DNA from: Clostridia bacterium
Lineage (GTDB): Bacteria; Bacillota; Clostridia; Saccharofermentanales; Saccharofermentanaceae
Length of the DNA: 30,267 bases
Direction: 5' to 3'
Assembly (NCBI GenBank): GCA_017881645.1
Contig: JADGQQ010000069.1
Coordinates: forward strand, 1-30,267
Below the pieces are notes generated by a model. The model had not been told where the DNA came from. It made no database searches and worked only from the letters and a program-made list of their open reading frames with translations. Positions within the stretch are counted from its first letter, which is position 1, and the number at the start of each line of letters is the position of its first letter. Shown one piece after another: positions 1-9,480 of this stretch. The translations under genes were made by a program, and so were the position numbers.

Positions 1-36
1 AGTAAAATTCTAGTGTTCGCCTTTTGGCGGACATAT

Positions 37-113
37 CGGGGTGTAGCGCAGATTGGTAGCGCGCTTGGTTCGGGACCAAGAGGCCGGAAGTTCGAGTCTT
101 CTCACTCCGACCA
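37..113 (+). tRNA. tRNA-Pro, anticodon CGG, encoded 3' CCA
   Basis: Cloverleaf read by eye: acceptor CGGGGTG/CACTCCG, anticodon stem CTTGG/CCAAG around loop TT-CGG-GA, T-arm GGAAG-TTCGAGT-CTTCT, ends ACCA; 77 nt. A TAAAAT -10-like hexamer lies at 3-8. Confidence 0.97.
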
Positions 114-122
114 GATCAATAT

Positions 123-153
123 AGCTCACAGGATTTGATCCTGTGAGCTTTTT
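123..153 (+). terminator. Intrinsic terminator downstream of tRNA-Pro
   Basis: Perfect 12-bp stem AGCTCACAGGAT/ATCCTGTGAGCT, TTG loop, then a T run. Confidence 0.88.
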
Positions 154-198
154 GTTATATAGTATTGCTTAACACGATAATTAGGTAAGGAGGTTCAG

Positions 199-822
199 AT
201 GGGGTATAATCTGGATATTTCTACGATGTCTGTTCAGGAGTATAAAAACATATTAGCCCGTCAGAACCTTTTACCGGGGCGCAGAATGCTTGTGGTAAAT
301 ATCGAACAGAACTTTGATGCTATTTTGAAGCAAGGCATCGCTACTATTCTGGCACTTAAAAAGACACTTTCCACACCAAACAAGGTGTTGTCTTTTGCAA
401 AGGTAACCGGAATATCGGAAGAATATCTGATATTACTGAAAAGAGAAATGGGAAGCCTTGAACAAAAGCCTGTTAACCTTGAAAACTTCCCTGATATTGA
501 TGAACAACTTATTGCTGAGCTGAGCGACAAAGGGATAAAGAATTCTAAAGAATACTATGACATCGGATTGCCGGAAAACGATGAGATATTCAGTTTGTGC
601 GATCTTGTTAGAATCAATGGGGTTGGGGCCGTTGCGGCAAGGACCTTCTATGAAGCTGGATACCGCTCTGTTCAAGAGGTTGCCGAGGCGAATGCAACCG
701 TCATGTTAGAAAGCATATCAAGAATTAACGAAGCGAAGCATTACTATAAGGCAAAACTGGGCATCAAGGATATGCAGTTTTGCATAGATTTTGCTGTGTT
801 ACTGTTGAAACAATCCAATTAA
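199..822 (+). CDS. DUF4332-like helix-hairpin-helix protein (putative nucleic-acid binding)
   Basis: RBS AAGGAGG before ATG; C-terminal HhH-type motif LCDLVRINGVGAVAARTFYEAGYRSVQEVA resembles DUF4332 proteins. Confidence 0.7.
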   Translation: MGYNLDISTMSVQEYKNILARQNLLPGRRMLVVNIEQNFDAILKQGIATILALKKTLSTPNKVLSFAKVTGISEEYLILLKREMGSLEQKPVNLENFPDIDEQLIAELSDKGIKNSKEYYDIGLPENDEIFSLCDLVRINGVGAVAARTFYEAGYRSVQEVAEANATVMLESISRINEAKHYYKAKLGIKDMQFCIDFAVLLLKQSN

Positions 823-873
823 TATGTACCATGAATAGACAAACAATACTGGAAGATCCGCAGGAGTATAGCA

Positions 874-1590
874 ATGAAAATGAAACGTTGGTGGTTACAA
901 AGACTTGAGAATAAATTCGGACGGTATGCAATACACAACCTCATTAATATAATCATTTTTGGCATGGCACTTCTGTATATCGCTGATATGGTTCTCCTTA
1001 TTGATAGCGGAAGAAGTCTGTCCAGTGTATTCTTCTTCGACCGCAGCGCAATCTTCAGCGGACAAATCTGGAGACTGATGTCATTTATTATCGTTCCGCC
1101 TGAAGCGAGCCTTATTTTCATTTTTTTTGCGCTCTATATATTATGGATGCTCGGGACTGCGTTAGAGAATGAATGGGGTTCGTTCAAATTTAACATTTTC
1201 TATCTGTTCGGTATGATGGGTGCGATCTGTGCAGGGATGATTACAGGATATGCGACGAATACCTATTTAAATATGTCTCTTTTTCTAGCGTTTGCCATAC
1301 TCTATCCCAATTTCATTTTTCGTTTGTTTTTTGTAATTCCGATCAAGGTGAAGTATCTTGCCTATTTTGATGCAGCATTTCTTATTATCTTGCTCATTAT
1401 CAGCAGTTGGCCAGGGAAAATCGCACTTATTGTATCGCTACTGAATATTTTGATTTTTTTCTGGCGTGACTTGTTGGATGGCCTTAAGCTGTTACTCCGA
1501 AGGATCTCGATAAAATTGAAAATAAGTAGGGGCGTAAAAATGACAGGCAGGAACAAGAACATCCAAAATATTAGCAAAAAGAATCGCTGA
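874..1590 (+). CDS. Rhomboid-superfamily (Der1/derlin-like) multi-pass membrane protein, apparently non-catalytic
   Basis: RBS CAGGAG; N-terminus LENKFGRYAIHNL, GQIWRL (WR motif), LGTALENEWGSFKFN; about 6 hydrophobic segments; no GxSG serine motif. Confidence 0.7.
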   Translation: MKMKRWWLQRLENKFGRYAIHNLINIIIFGMALLYIADMVLLIDSGRSLSSVFFFDRSAIFSGQIWRLMSFIIVPPEASLIFIFFALYILWMLGTALENEWGSFKFNIFYLFGMMGAICAGMITGYATNTYLNMSLFLAFAILYPNFIFRLFFVIPIKVKYLAYFDAAFLIILLIISSWPGKIALIVSLLNILIFFWRDLLDGLKLLLRRISIKLKISRGVKMTGRNKNIQNISKKNR

Positions 1591-1610
1591 TATACGACGA
1601 GATACATGGC

Positions 1611-1643
1611 TGATTTCTGGATGATTTCCGGATGATTTCTGAC
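1611..1643. repeat. Three tandem imperfect 11-bp direct repeats
   Basis: TGATTTCTGGA / TGATTTCCGGA / TGATTTCTGAC, intergenic, upstream of thyA. Confidence 0.75.
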
Positions 1644-1680
1644 GGACGATCCCAAGAATCTGTAAAATACCGGATGCCTA

Positions 1681-1689
1681 TGGTAGAAT
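1681..1689 (+). promoter_or_regulatory. Extended -10 (TGgTAGAAT) for thyA-folA
   Basis: TG-n-TAGAAT about 45 nt upstream of the thyA start; -35 is poor. Confidence 0.45.
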
Positions 1690-1732
1690 ATTTTCAATAC
1701 GCAAATGAACGAGTGATTGTTTGGAGGCTTCC

Positions 1733-2563
1733 TTGAGCAAAGCAGATGAATTGTTTATCGCCAATTGTCGGGAAATTCTGGAACATGGGTTTTCAACCGA
1801 GAATGAGAAAGTTCGACCCAAGTGGTCGGATGGAACCGATGCATTTACCTATAAGAGTTTCTGTATCGTAAATCGCTATAACTTGAAAGATGAATTCCCC
1901 ATGCTTACCCAGAGATACATCAACTTTTCGGCGGCCGTCGATGAGCTCTTGTGGATTTGGCAGAAAAAATCGAACGACATTCATGACTTCAAGAGTCATA
2001 TTTGGGATGCGTGGGCCGATGCTTCCGGATCGATCGGGAAGGCCTACGGATATCAATTGCAAGTCAAACATACATATAAAGAGGGCGCGTTTGATCAGGT
2101 GGACCGGGTACTGTTTGATCTTGCAAATAATCCATACAGCCGGAGAATTCTTACCAACATGTACGTCCATCAGGATCTTTCGGAGATGAATCTGTATCCA
2201 TGCGCCTATTCGATGACGTTTAATGTAACCGGAAATTCACTGAATGCAATTTTGAATCAGCGCTCTCAGGATATGCTGGTAGCCAACGGATGGAATGTCT
2301 GTCAGTACGCTGTTCTTGTCCATCTTTTCGCAAAAGCATCCGGACTTGAGGTCGGTGAACTGGTTCATGTGATCGCAGACGCACATATTTATGACCGGCA
2401 TATTCCTATTGTAAAAGAACTGATTGAACGTCCGTGTTTTCCGGCTCCTGACTTGATTCTCCCGCCGGACATCACAGATTTTTATGCATTTAAGGCAGAA
2501 GATATTCATCTTGAGAATTACCGGTTCGGTCCCAAAATAACATCGATACCGGTCGCCGTGTAA
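1733..2563 (+). CDS. thyA: Thymidylate synthase (start probably TTG 1733, not 1721)
   Basis: Catalytic LYPCAY, NQRSQD, NVCQY, DAHIYDRH motifs. GGAGG at 1723-1727 lies 5 nt before TTG 1733 (MSKADELF), whereas the 1721 start has no clear RBS. Confidence 0.96.
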   Translation: MSKADELFIANCREILEHGFSTENEKVRPKWSDGTDAFTYKSFCIVNRYNLKDEFPMLTQRYINFSAAVDELLWIWQKKSNDIHDFKSHIWDAWADASGSIGKAYGYQLQVKHTYKEGAFDQVDRVLFDLANNPYSRRILTNMYVHQDLSEMNLYPCAYSMTFNVTGNSLNAILNQRSQDMLVANGWNVCQYAVLVHLFAKASGLEVGELVHVIADAHIYDRHIPIVKELIERPCFPAPDLILPPDITDFYAFKAEDIHLENYRFGPKITSIPVAV

Positions 2564-2593
2564 TCAAATCCCGTTTGTGAGGAAGGAAAAAAG

Positions 2594-3100
2594 ATGAAAG
2601 CAATTGTTGCTGTGGACACGGAGTGGGGCATCGGGAATCAAGGAGAGCTTCTTGTCAGTCTGCCGGAAGACCAGAAAGATACTTTTCGAAGACTCACTTA
2701 TGGCAATACGATTATTTACGGCCGGAAAACGATGAGTACTTTTCCGGCGCAAAAACTACTTCCCGGGCGTACGAACATTATTTTGAGCCGGAATCCCGCC
2801 TTTGCAAAAGATGGCGCGATCATTCTTCATTCGGATGAGGAAGTTCTCGAATATTGCCGGAATCATCCGGAAGAGGAGCAGTTTCTGATCGGAGGCGCTG
2901 AAGTTTTTCAGGGGCTGCTGCCATATTGTTCGGAGGCAATTGTATCTAGAATTGACCACACATTTCATGCAGATGTGTTTTTCCCGAACCTGGATGAAGA
3001 TCTTGGATGGAAAGAAGTAAGCCGTTCTGAAGTGATTCATTCGGTCAAAGGATTTGATTTCACCGTTCACCAGTACAGAAATCTGAATATACAATTTTAA
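2594..3100 (+). CDS. folA: Dihydrofolate reductase
   Basis: IVAVD..WGIG, LPED (Asp27 equivalent), IIYGRKT, LPGRTNIILS, IGGAEVF, DVFFP; directly follows thyA. Confidence 0.95.
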   Translation: MKAIVAVDTEWGIGNQGELLVSLPEDQKDTFRRLTYGNTIIYGRKTMSTFPAQKLLPGRTNIILSRNPAFAKDGAIILHSDEEVLEYCRNHPEEEQFLIGGAEVFQGLLPYCSEAIVSRIDHTFHADVFFPNLDEDLGWKEVSRSEVIHSVKGFDFTVHQYRNLNIQF

Positions 3101-3190
3101 ATATGCATTAGCAACAAATTTCCTTTGAATATTTGTGCATATTGCATAAAGATACAGTGCGGCTTATGTATAAGATGTCTAATTTTCTTG

Positions 3191-3219
3191 TTGCTTTGAG
3201 AAATGCCGTATGGTATACT
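3191..3219 (+). promoter_or_regulatory. sigmaA-type promoter for the HPr-like gene
   Basis: TTGCTT (3191-3196), 17 nt, TATACT (3214-3219), preceded by the extended TG. Confidence 0.65.
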
Positions 3220-3326
3220 CAATTTGACAGATAGGAACAGTAGCTGTCATAGAAACAGAGCTTGAATTGCTTGATACATTGTTGGATCACAGGGTGATTC
3301 AGACAATTCCTAAGGAGGAATGACTC

Positions 3327-3590
3327 ATGAAAGCGTTTAATTTGAACAATGTTGATGTCCAGGCCTTTATGCATGTATTAGATTCGTGCAAAGGTGATGT
3401 TATGCTCATCACGGATGAGGATGACCGCTTTAACCTCAAGAGCAAGCTCAGTCAGATCGCAGGACTTGTGAATCTGATCGAAGGTGGAAAACTGGTTAAC
3501 GCCAAGATCTACTGCTCAAATCCGGAAGATGAATCTTTACTGTTCAGACTCAATCTTTTCGGAGCTGCCAGCGAGACGGAAGAGAAATAA
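3327..3590 (+). CDS. Small HPr-like protein (87 aa), clostridial family of unknown function
   Basis: RBS AAGGAGG; AFMHVLDSCKGDVMLITDEDDRFNLKSKLS aligns with the HPr helix-2/NAKS region; the His15 motif (GLHARP) is absent. Confidence 0.7.
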   Translation: MKAFNLNNVDVQAFMHVLDSCKGDVMLITDEDDRFNLKSKLSQIAGLVNLIEGGKLVNAKIYCSNPEDESLLFRLNLFGAASETEEK

Positions 3591-3624
3591 TTCTCTATTC
3601 GCTCTGGTTTATGCTTGAAGTTGG

Positions 3625-3660
3625 ATCCGTTTCAGATGCATATCTGGGGCGGATTTTTTT
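3625..3660 (+). terminator. Intrinsic terminator after the HPr-like gene
   Basis: ATCCGTTTCAGAT-GCAT-ATCTGGGGCGGAT (with G:U pairs) followed by TTTTTT. Confidence 0.8.
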
Positions 3661-3691
3661 GTGATTTGGTTTCGATGATGTCTATTTTGCT

Positions 3692-3720
3692 TTCGTAAAA
3701 ATCAGTGAATATGCTATAAT
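3692..3720 (+). promoter_or_regulatory. sigmaA-type promoter for the hypothetical/activase operon
   Basis: TTCGTA (3692-3697), 17 nt, TATAAT (3715-3720) with extended TG. Confidence 0.65.
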
Positions 3721-3760
3721 CAGATTCTGTAGACTTATGCCCGTTTGGAAAGGATGTTTA

Positions 3761-4579
3761 ATGACGTTTTACCGATACAATGCTCTTGATATTGCCGCGT
3801 ACTTCAAATGGACCAGTATGCCCGCCGATACGGAGCGCATCTATCTGGATCTGCTGTTTCAGATGCGTGAACAGATCCTGGCGAGACCGCTTGCGAAAGA
3901 TTTCGAATCTTTTGTTCGGGCCGTTTTTCGTGAAATGTACCATGTTTGGGCGCGAGGATTTGAAAACGAATTTTCAGATGTGAAACGGATCGCGCCGGAA
4001 GATGCGGTATCACTTTTTTGTGATCAGAAATTTATCGTGTTGGAATCATATATGAAACTGCTTTCCCTGCATTTGATACTTGCGGAAAATCTGCCTTATG
4101 TTCGCATTAATTTTGTCGGTCTTCCGCTGCTGATCGGACTCGACGGTGCATTCAGTGAGTTCGAGCAAAATCTGACCGTAGCAGCAAAAACGCTGCAGCT
4201 GGCCGCAAGAGACGACAGAGGCAACGAATACGATCTGTCTCTCGGTGTGCCGAACGAGCCATTGTGTGTCGGTCTCCGCAGCGAATTCCGCAGGGAAATT
4301 TTCGGATCCGTCGGATACCGCGTCAAACGCAATAATGACTACCAGGAGAAAATGCGTCTTCTCCGTATTAAATCAAAAATGGATCAGGATACGCAGGATA
4401 TGCTTCGAAAAGCTTCCGAGGCCAAGAGATCCGTAAGAACGCAGACCGCAATTGCGAAGAACATCCCGACGGCATTGCCGTCTGACAAACCTTCTGGAAT
4501 ACCAAATCCGCTTTCCACGGATAAGAAGGACAACAGGAAGACAAAACAAACCAAAAGAAAAGGTGAACTGCATGCATAA
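3761..4579 (+). CDS. Hypothetical protein (272 aa; helical N-terminal part, basic low-complexity C-terminal tail)
   Basis: Long ORF right after a promoter; AAGGA about 6 nt before ATG 3761 (track start is 3737); stop overlaps the next start (ATGCATAA). No family recognised. Confidence 0.65.
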   Translation: MTFYRYNALDIAAYFKWTSMPADTERIYLDLLFQMREQILARPLAKDFESFVRAVFREMYHVWARGFENEFSDVKRIAPEDAVSLFCDQKFIVLESYMKLLSLHLILAENLPYVRINFVGLPLLIGLDGAFSEFEQNLTVAAKTLQLAARDDRGNEYDLSLGVPNEPLCVGLRSEFRREIFGSVGYRVKRNNDYQEKMRLLRIKSKMDQDTQDMLRKASEAKRSVRTQTAIAKNIPTALPSDKPSGIPNPLSTDKKDNRKTKQTKRKGELHA

Positions 4580-7500
4580 TGTCCTGCAAATGGGTCTCGA
4601 TATTGGTTCGACGACCATCAAGATTATATTACTGGATGGAGATCAGATCGTTCATCAACAGTATAGAAGACACAATTCGGATATCCGGGGTGAATTGATC
4701 AAAGCATTTGAAGATTTGAGTGCTGATTTTCCTGCGCAGCCGGTGAAGATTGCCATTACCGGATCAGGCGGCCTTTCGGTCGCCAACTGGCTCGGACTTT
4801 CATTTGTTCAGGAAGTTATTGCAGAGACCGTTGCCATTTCAAGATATAACCCGGATACGGACATTATTATTGAACTTGGCGGTGAAGATGCCAAGATTAC
4901 CTACCTGCATCCGGTTCCGGAACAGCGCATGAACGGTACTTGTGCCGGCGGTACCGGAGCATTTATTGATCAGATGGCTACTCTTCTGCAGACGGATGCG
5001 GACGGACTCAATGATCTTGCAAAAAAATATACGACGATCTATACGATTGCATCCCGATGCGGTGTTTTTGCGAAAAGCGACCTGCAGCCTCTGATCAACG
5101 AAGGAGCGGCAAAATCGGATCTTGCAGCCTCGATTCTGCAGGCCGTCGTCAATCAGACGATCGCCGGACTGGCTTGCGGCCGGCCGATCCGGGGCAACGT
5201 CGCGTTTTTGGGCGGTCCGCTGTATTTTAACTCGGAATTGCGCGCCGCGTTTGAGAGAACGCTTCAACACCAGGTGAAGTCATTCTGGCTTCCTGAGAAT
5301 GCGCAGCTCTATGTTGCGATCGGCGCCGCTCTGTCAGCACAGTGCGAACCGGTCATTTTGTCGGATGTTGTCGAATCTTTTCAGAATAATGACTCATATG
5401 TTCCTGATATTACCCGCATTCCGCCGCTTTTCAAGGATGAGGAAGAAAAGAGAGCGTTTGATGAGCGCCATGATCGGGCGACGCTGGTGCTTTTCGATTT
5501 GTCCAAGCAAAAAGGCCCTTGTTTTCTGGGTATTGATGCCGGAAGCACCACGACCAAAGCTGTTCTGATCAATAACGAGGGTCAGCTGATTTATACGTAT
5601 TATGGCGGCAATAAAGGGAATCCGGTCAAGAGTTCAGTTTCCATTATGAAGGATCTCTACAGCCAGATGCCGGATGAGGCGTATATTGCCTACGCCTGCG
5701 TTACCGGTTACGGCGAAAACATCATTCGTGCGGCTCTGCGCGTTGATGAAGGCGAAATTGAAACCATGGCGCATTTCCAGTCTGCAAAATTTTTCTGTCC
5801 GGAAGTGGACTTCATTATCGACATCGGCGGTCAGGACATGAAATGCATGCGCATTCGAAACGGTGTCATTGATTCGATTATGCTCAATGAAGCGTGCTCA
5901 TCCGGCTGCGGATCCTTTATTCAGACGTTCGCGGAAAATCTTCAGATGGATGCGCACTCGTTTTCGGTCGAAGCGCTGTCGGCAAGAAATCCCGTTGATC
6001 TCGGGACACGATGCACCGTATTTATGAATTCAAAAGTCAAGCAGGCACAGAAAGAAGGCGCAACGGTCGGAGATATATCCGCAGGTCTTTCATATTCTGT
6101 TGTTCGGAATGCACTGTACAAAGTAATCAAAATCAGGGATACATCGCAGCTCGGAAAAAAGATCGTCGTACAGGGCGGAACATTTCTGAACGACGCGATT
6201 CTTCGATGCTTCGAGCTCATTTCCGGGCGCGAAGTCATCCGCCCGAATCTGGCCGGTCTCATGGGAGCTTTCGGTGCGGCGCTGGTTGCAAAGAAACGGT
6301 GCAAGGACCCGTCGGCCGTCTCATCGATTCTCGGATTGGAAGAACTGGCTGTTTTCAGTATGTCAACGGAGATGAACACATGCAAGCTTTGCGGAAATCA
6401 CTGTAAATTAACCGTGTCCACTTTTTCCAACGGACGGAAATTCACATCCGGTAACCGCTGTGAAAAGGGTGAAGGCATTATCGATAACAAAGTGACGGTT
6501 CCGAACCTGTTTTTGTACAAATACAACCGCACTTTCCGATACAAGTCCCTTGCCGCTGCGGATGCGCCCAGAGGGCAAATCGGAATTCCTCGCGTTCTGA
6601 ATTTGTACGAGAACTACCCGTTTTGGTTCACGGTCTTTACGAAGCTCGGGTTTCAAGTGATTCTCTCCGCAAAATCGGATCACCAGCTTTTCGAAAAAGG
6701 CATGGATTCAATCCCGTCGGAAAGCGTATGCTATCCCGCCAAGCTCGTCCACGGGCATATTGAAGATCTGATTGAAAAGGGCGTTAAGACGATATTTTAT
6801 CCGGATATTCCGTATGAGCGTTCTGAGAATGAAAATGCGAACAATCATTTTAACTGTCCGATTGTTGCGTCCTATCCGGAAGTCATCCGGAACAATGTTG
6901 AGAATCTTGCGACGCACAATGTACGCTTTCTGAACCCTTTTCTTCCTCTGGACAACCCGCAAAAGCTTGCGGCGAGTCTAAGCGAGATTTTTGCAAACGA
7001 GAAAGTGTCAAAGGCGGAAGCTTTAGCGGCAATTGCAGCCGGCGATATTGAATATGATGCTTTTAAAGCTGAAATCTTTCAGAAGGGTCAGGAAATTCTT
7101 GAAGAACTGAAACGAACCGGTAAAAAGGGGATTGTTCTTGCGGGACGCCCGTATCACTGTGACCCGGAAATCCATCATGGTATTCCGGAAATGATCAACG
7201 GGCTCGGGCTGGCGGTGTTGACTGAAGACAGCGTGGCCGTCCCCGGACATCTGCAGCGCCCGATTCGCGTGGTCGACCAGTGGATGTATCACACAAGACT
7301 CTATGAAGCCGCGGCTTTTGTCGCCGAACAGGCGAATCTGGAACTTGTGCAGCTGAATTCGTTCGGTTGCGGACTGGATGCCGTAACATCGGATCAGGTC
7401 CAGGAGATCCTGGAATCGAAGGGGAAACTGTATACGCTTCTCAAAATTGACGAGGTTAGTAATCTGGGCGCAGCCCGTATCCGTATCCGCTCGCTGAAAG

Positions 7501-9044
7501 TGGCCATGGATGAACGGGAGGGAAGGTCTGCGGATCTGCCCGGACAGGCGGAACATCAGAGCTACAAGATGATCCGTATTCCTTTTTCCAAGAAGCACAA
7601 GCAGACGCATACACTTCTGGCACCGCAGATGGCTCCGATCCAATTCGAATTCGTTGAAGCTGTTTTCCGCAATTATGGATTCCGGATGCAGTTTTTGAAG
7701 GAAGCAACAGCGGCGGATATTGAATGCGGACTGAGATTTGTAAATAATGACGCATGCTATCCGACCATTCTTGTTGTCGGTCAGCTCGTAAATGCGTTCT
7801 TAACAGGACAGGCAGATCCTGACCATACATCCGTCGCCATTACACAGACCGGCGGCGGCTGCCGTGCGACAAATTATGTTGCTTTCCTCCGTAAAGCTCT
7901 CAAGGAAGCCGGATTCCCTCAGGTTCCGGTTATTGCGCTTTCGGTGCAGGGACTTGAAGGCAATCCGGGAATGAAGTTTACCATACCTATGATTCATCAT
8001 GCGCTGCAGGCGATCAGTTTTGGCGATTTGCTTACGACACTGCTTCTTCGCGTTCGACCTTATGAGACTGTTCCGGGTTCTGCGAACGCGCTGTATCAAT
8101 ACTGGAATACGCGTGCGATTGCGTATTTCAACCGGAAGTCGAAGTTCTCCGGACTTACGGATGAATACAATATGGATCAGGCTTCCAGACATCAGCGCAC
8201 TGCAAAGGAAAAGGAAGCGGCCTGTATCGGCAACGCACTTGCTGACCAACAGCTTGAAAAGACCATGCACCGGTCGATCCGTTCTTTCCGTCAACTGGTG
8301 GATCTGACGATCGAATCTTTTAACCAATTCCCGATGAAAGACATTAAACGCAAACCGCGTGTCGGACTGGTCGGGGAAATCCTCGTCAAATTTCAGCCGG
8401 ATGCGAATAACCATGCGATCGATGTCATTGAAAACGAGGGCTGTGAAGCCGTCCTTCCGGGACTGCTGGACTTCCTTCTGTATTGTCTCTATAACCCGGA
8501 GTGGAAGAGAAAAAATCTTGGACGGAGTGCGTCATCGGCCTGGCTTTCGAGCAGAGGCATCGGTCTCGTTGAAAATTACAGGAAACATATGATTCGCAAG
8601 ATGAAAGATACCGGCAAGTTCCAGCTGCCGGTCCCGATTCACCATCTTGCGGAAAAAGCGGAATCCGTATTGTCCTGCGGCAATGCCTGCGGTGAGGGAT
8701 GGTTCCTTACAGCCGAGATGATCGAACTCATCGAAAGCGGTGTTCCAAACATTATCTGCGCACAGCCTTTTGCCTGTCTGCCCAATCATGTCACCGGGAA
8801 AGGCATGATCAAAGAACTCCGCCGTCAGTTCCCGCATTCAAATATTGTTCCAATCGATTATGATCCCGGAGCCAGTGAAGCGAACCAACTGAACCGAATC
8901 AAGCTCATGGTCAGTACAGCACATTTACAGCATGAAAATGTAACCAATTATCATGAACAAAAAGAACAAGAAGAAAAAAACGCGGGATTCGAGAGTATTA
9001 CACCTGATTTTCACGCTCGATCCTGTGAAGAACCCAACCAGTGA
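4572..9044 (+). CDS. Fused CoA-substrate-specific enzyme activase / 2-hydroxyacyl-CoA dehydratase-like Fe-S protein (2x BadF/BadG/BcrA/BcrD ATPase + DUF2229 + HGD-D-like), 1490 aa
   Basis: Two ASKHA phosphate motifs ([20 protein letters not shown]), IELGGED/IDIGGQD, Fe-S Cys motifs TCAGGTG..SRCGVF and [24 protein letters not shown] linker, [38 protein letters not shown]. True start is ATG 4572 (AAAGGTG RBS), not 4452. Confidence 0.9.
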   Translation: MHNVLQMGLDIGSTTIKIILLDGDQIVHQQYRRHNSDIRGELIKAFEDLSADFPAQPVKIAITGSGGLSVANWLGLSFVQEVIAETVAISRYNPDTDIIIELGGEDAKITYLHPVPEQRMNGTCAGGTGAFIDQMATLLQTDADGLNDLAKKYTTIYTIASRCGVFAKSDLQPLINEGAAKSDLAASILQAVVNQTIAGLACGRPIRGNVAFLGGPLYFNSELRAAFERTLQHQVKSFWLPENAQLYVAIGAALSAQCEPVILSDVVESFQNNDSYVPDITRIPPLFKDEEEKRAFDERHDRATLVLFDLSKQKGPCFLGIDAGSTTTKAVLINNEGQLIYTYYGGNKGNPVKSSVSIMKDLYSQMPDEAYIAYACVTGYGENIIRAALRVDEGEIETMAHFQSAKFFCPEVDFIIDIGGQDMKCMRIRNGVIDSIMLNEACSSGCGSFIQTFAENLQMDAHSFSVEALSARNPVDLGTRCTVFMNSKVKQAQKEGATVGDISAGLSYSVVRNALYKVIKIRDTSQLGKKIVVQGGTFLNDAILRCFELISGREVIRPNLAGLMGAFGAALVAKKRCKDPSAVSSILGLEELAVFSMSTEMNTCKLCGNHCKLTVSTFSNGRKFTSGNRCEKGEGIIDNKVTVPNLFLYKYNRTFRYKSLAAADAPRGQIGIPRVLNLYENYPFWFTVFTKLGFQVILSAKSDHQLFEKGMDSIPSESVCYPAKLVHGHIEDLIEKGVKTIFYPDIPYERSENENANNHFNCPIVASYPEVIRNNVENLATHNVRFLNPFLPLDNPQKLAASLSEIFANEKVSKAEALAAIAAGDIEYDAFKAEIFQKGQEILEELKRTGKKGIVLAGRPYHCDPEIHHGIPEMINGLGLAVLTEDSVAVPGHLQRPIRVVDQWMYHTRLYEAAAFVAEQANLELVQLNSFGCGLDAVTSDQVQEILESKGKLYTLLKIDEVSNLGAARIRIRSLKVAMDEREGRSADLPGQAEHQSYKMIRIPFSKKHKQTHTLLAPQMAPIQFEFVEAVFRNYGFRMQFLKEATAADIECGLRFVNNDACYPTILVVGQLVNAFLTGQADPDHTSVAITQTGGGCRATNYVAFLRKALKEAGFPQVPVIALSVQGLEGNPGMKFTIPMIHHALQAISFGDLLTTLLLRVRPYETVPGSANALYQYWNTRAIAYFNRKSKFSGLTDEYNMDQASRHQRTAKEKEAACIGNALADQQLEKTMHRSIRSFRQLVDLTIESFNQFPMKDIKRKPRVGLVGEILVKFQPDANNHAIDVIENEGCEAVLPGLLDFLLYCLYNPEWKRKNLGRSASSAWLSSRGIGLVENYRKHMIRKMKDTGKFQLPVPIHHLAEKAESVLSCGNACGEGWFLTAEMIELIESGVPNIICAQPFACLPNHVTGKGMIKELRRQFPHSNIVPIDYDPGASEANQLNRIKLMVSTAHLQHENVTNYHEQKEQEEKNAGFESITPDFHARSCEEPNQ

Positions 9045-9056
9045 GGGGAAAAACAA

Positions 9057-9434
9057 ATGGAATCAGTATTAGCACTTCAGGCTCCGCTGCCTATCGGTCC
9101 TTATTCACAAGCCATTGAATATCGTTCGTTCATTTTCTGTTCAGGTCAGATTCCGCTGGATCCGAGAACATCCGACATCGTCGATCAGGACATCCGCGTA
9201 CAGACAACACAGGTACTCAACAATTTGAAGGCGATTCTGAAGTCTGCGGGATGTGCAATGAATACCGTAGTGAAAACCACTGTATTTCTTCAGGATATGG
9301 CTGATTTTGATGCGTTCAATGAAGTCTACGCCACATATTTTTCCGAACCGTACCCGGCAAGAAGCTGCGTACAGGTCGCAGCGCTCCCCAAAAATGCGAT
9401 GATCGAGATTGAAGCGATCGCTGTAAGATACTAG
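9057..9434 (+). CDS. ridA: RidA/YjgF family enamine/imine deaminase
   Basis: PIGPYSQA, FCSGQIP, VVKTTVFL, PARSCVQV (active Arg), IEIEAIA. Confidence 0.9.
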   Translation: MESVLALQAPLPIGPYSQAIEYRSFIFCSGQIPLDPRTSDIVDQDIRVQTTQVLNNLKAILKSAGCAMNTVVKTTVFLQDMADFDAFNEVYATYFSEPYPARSCVQVAALPKNAMIEIEAIAVRY

Positions 9435-9480
9435 GACCTGTCCTTCTGCGGATCAAATCTACCGGAACGGAGGTGTTTGT

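Noticed and set aside
14-33. Hairpin TGTTCGCC-TTTT-GGCGGACA before the tRNA
   Set aside because: Most simply a pre-tRNA leader stem; no T tract and no sign of a separate RNA.
3761-3810. [10 protein letters not shown] resembles the N-terminus of DUF4065/Panacea (SocA-like) antitoxins
   Set aside because: The diagnostic KLQKLLY motif does not follow and no toxin-like partner is adjacent; similarity is too short.
4452-4571. 40-aa N-terminal extension of the activase in the ORF track
   Set aside because: It lies inside the upstream ORF; the ASKHA motif starts right after Met at 4572, which has its own RBS.
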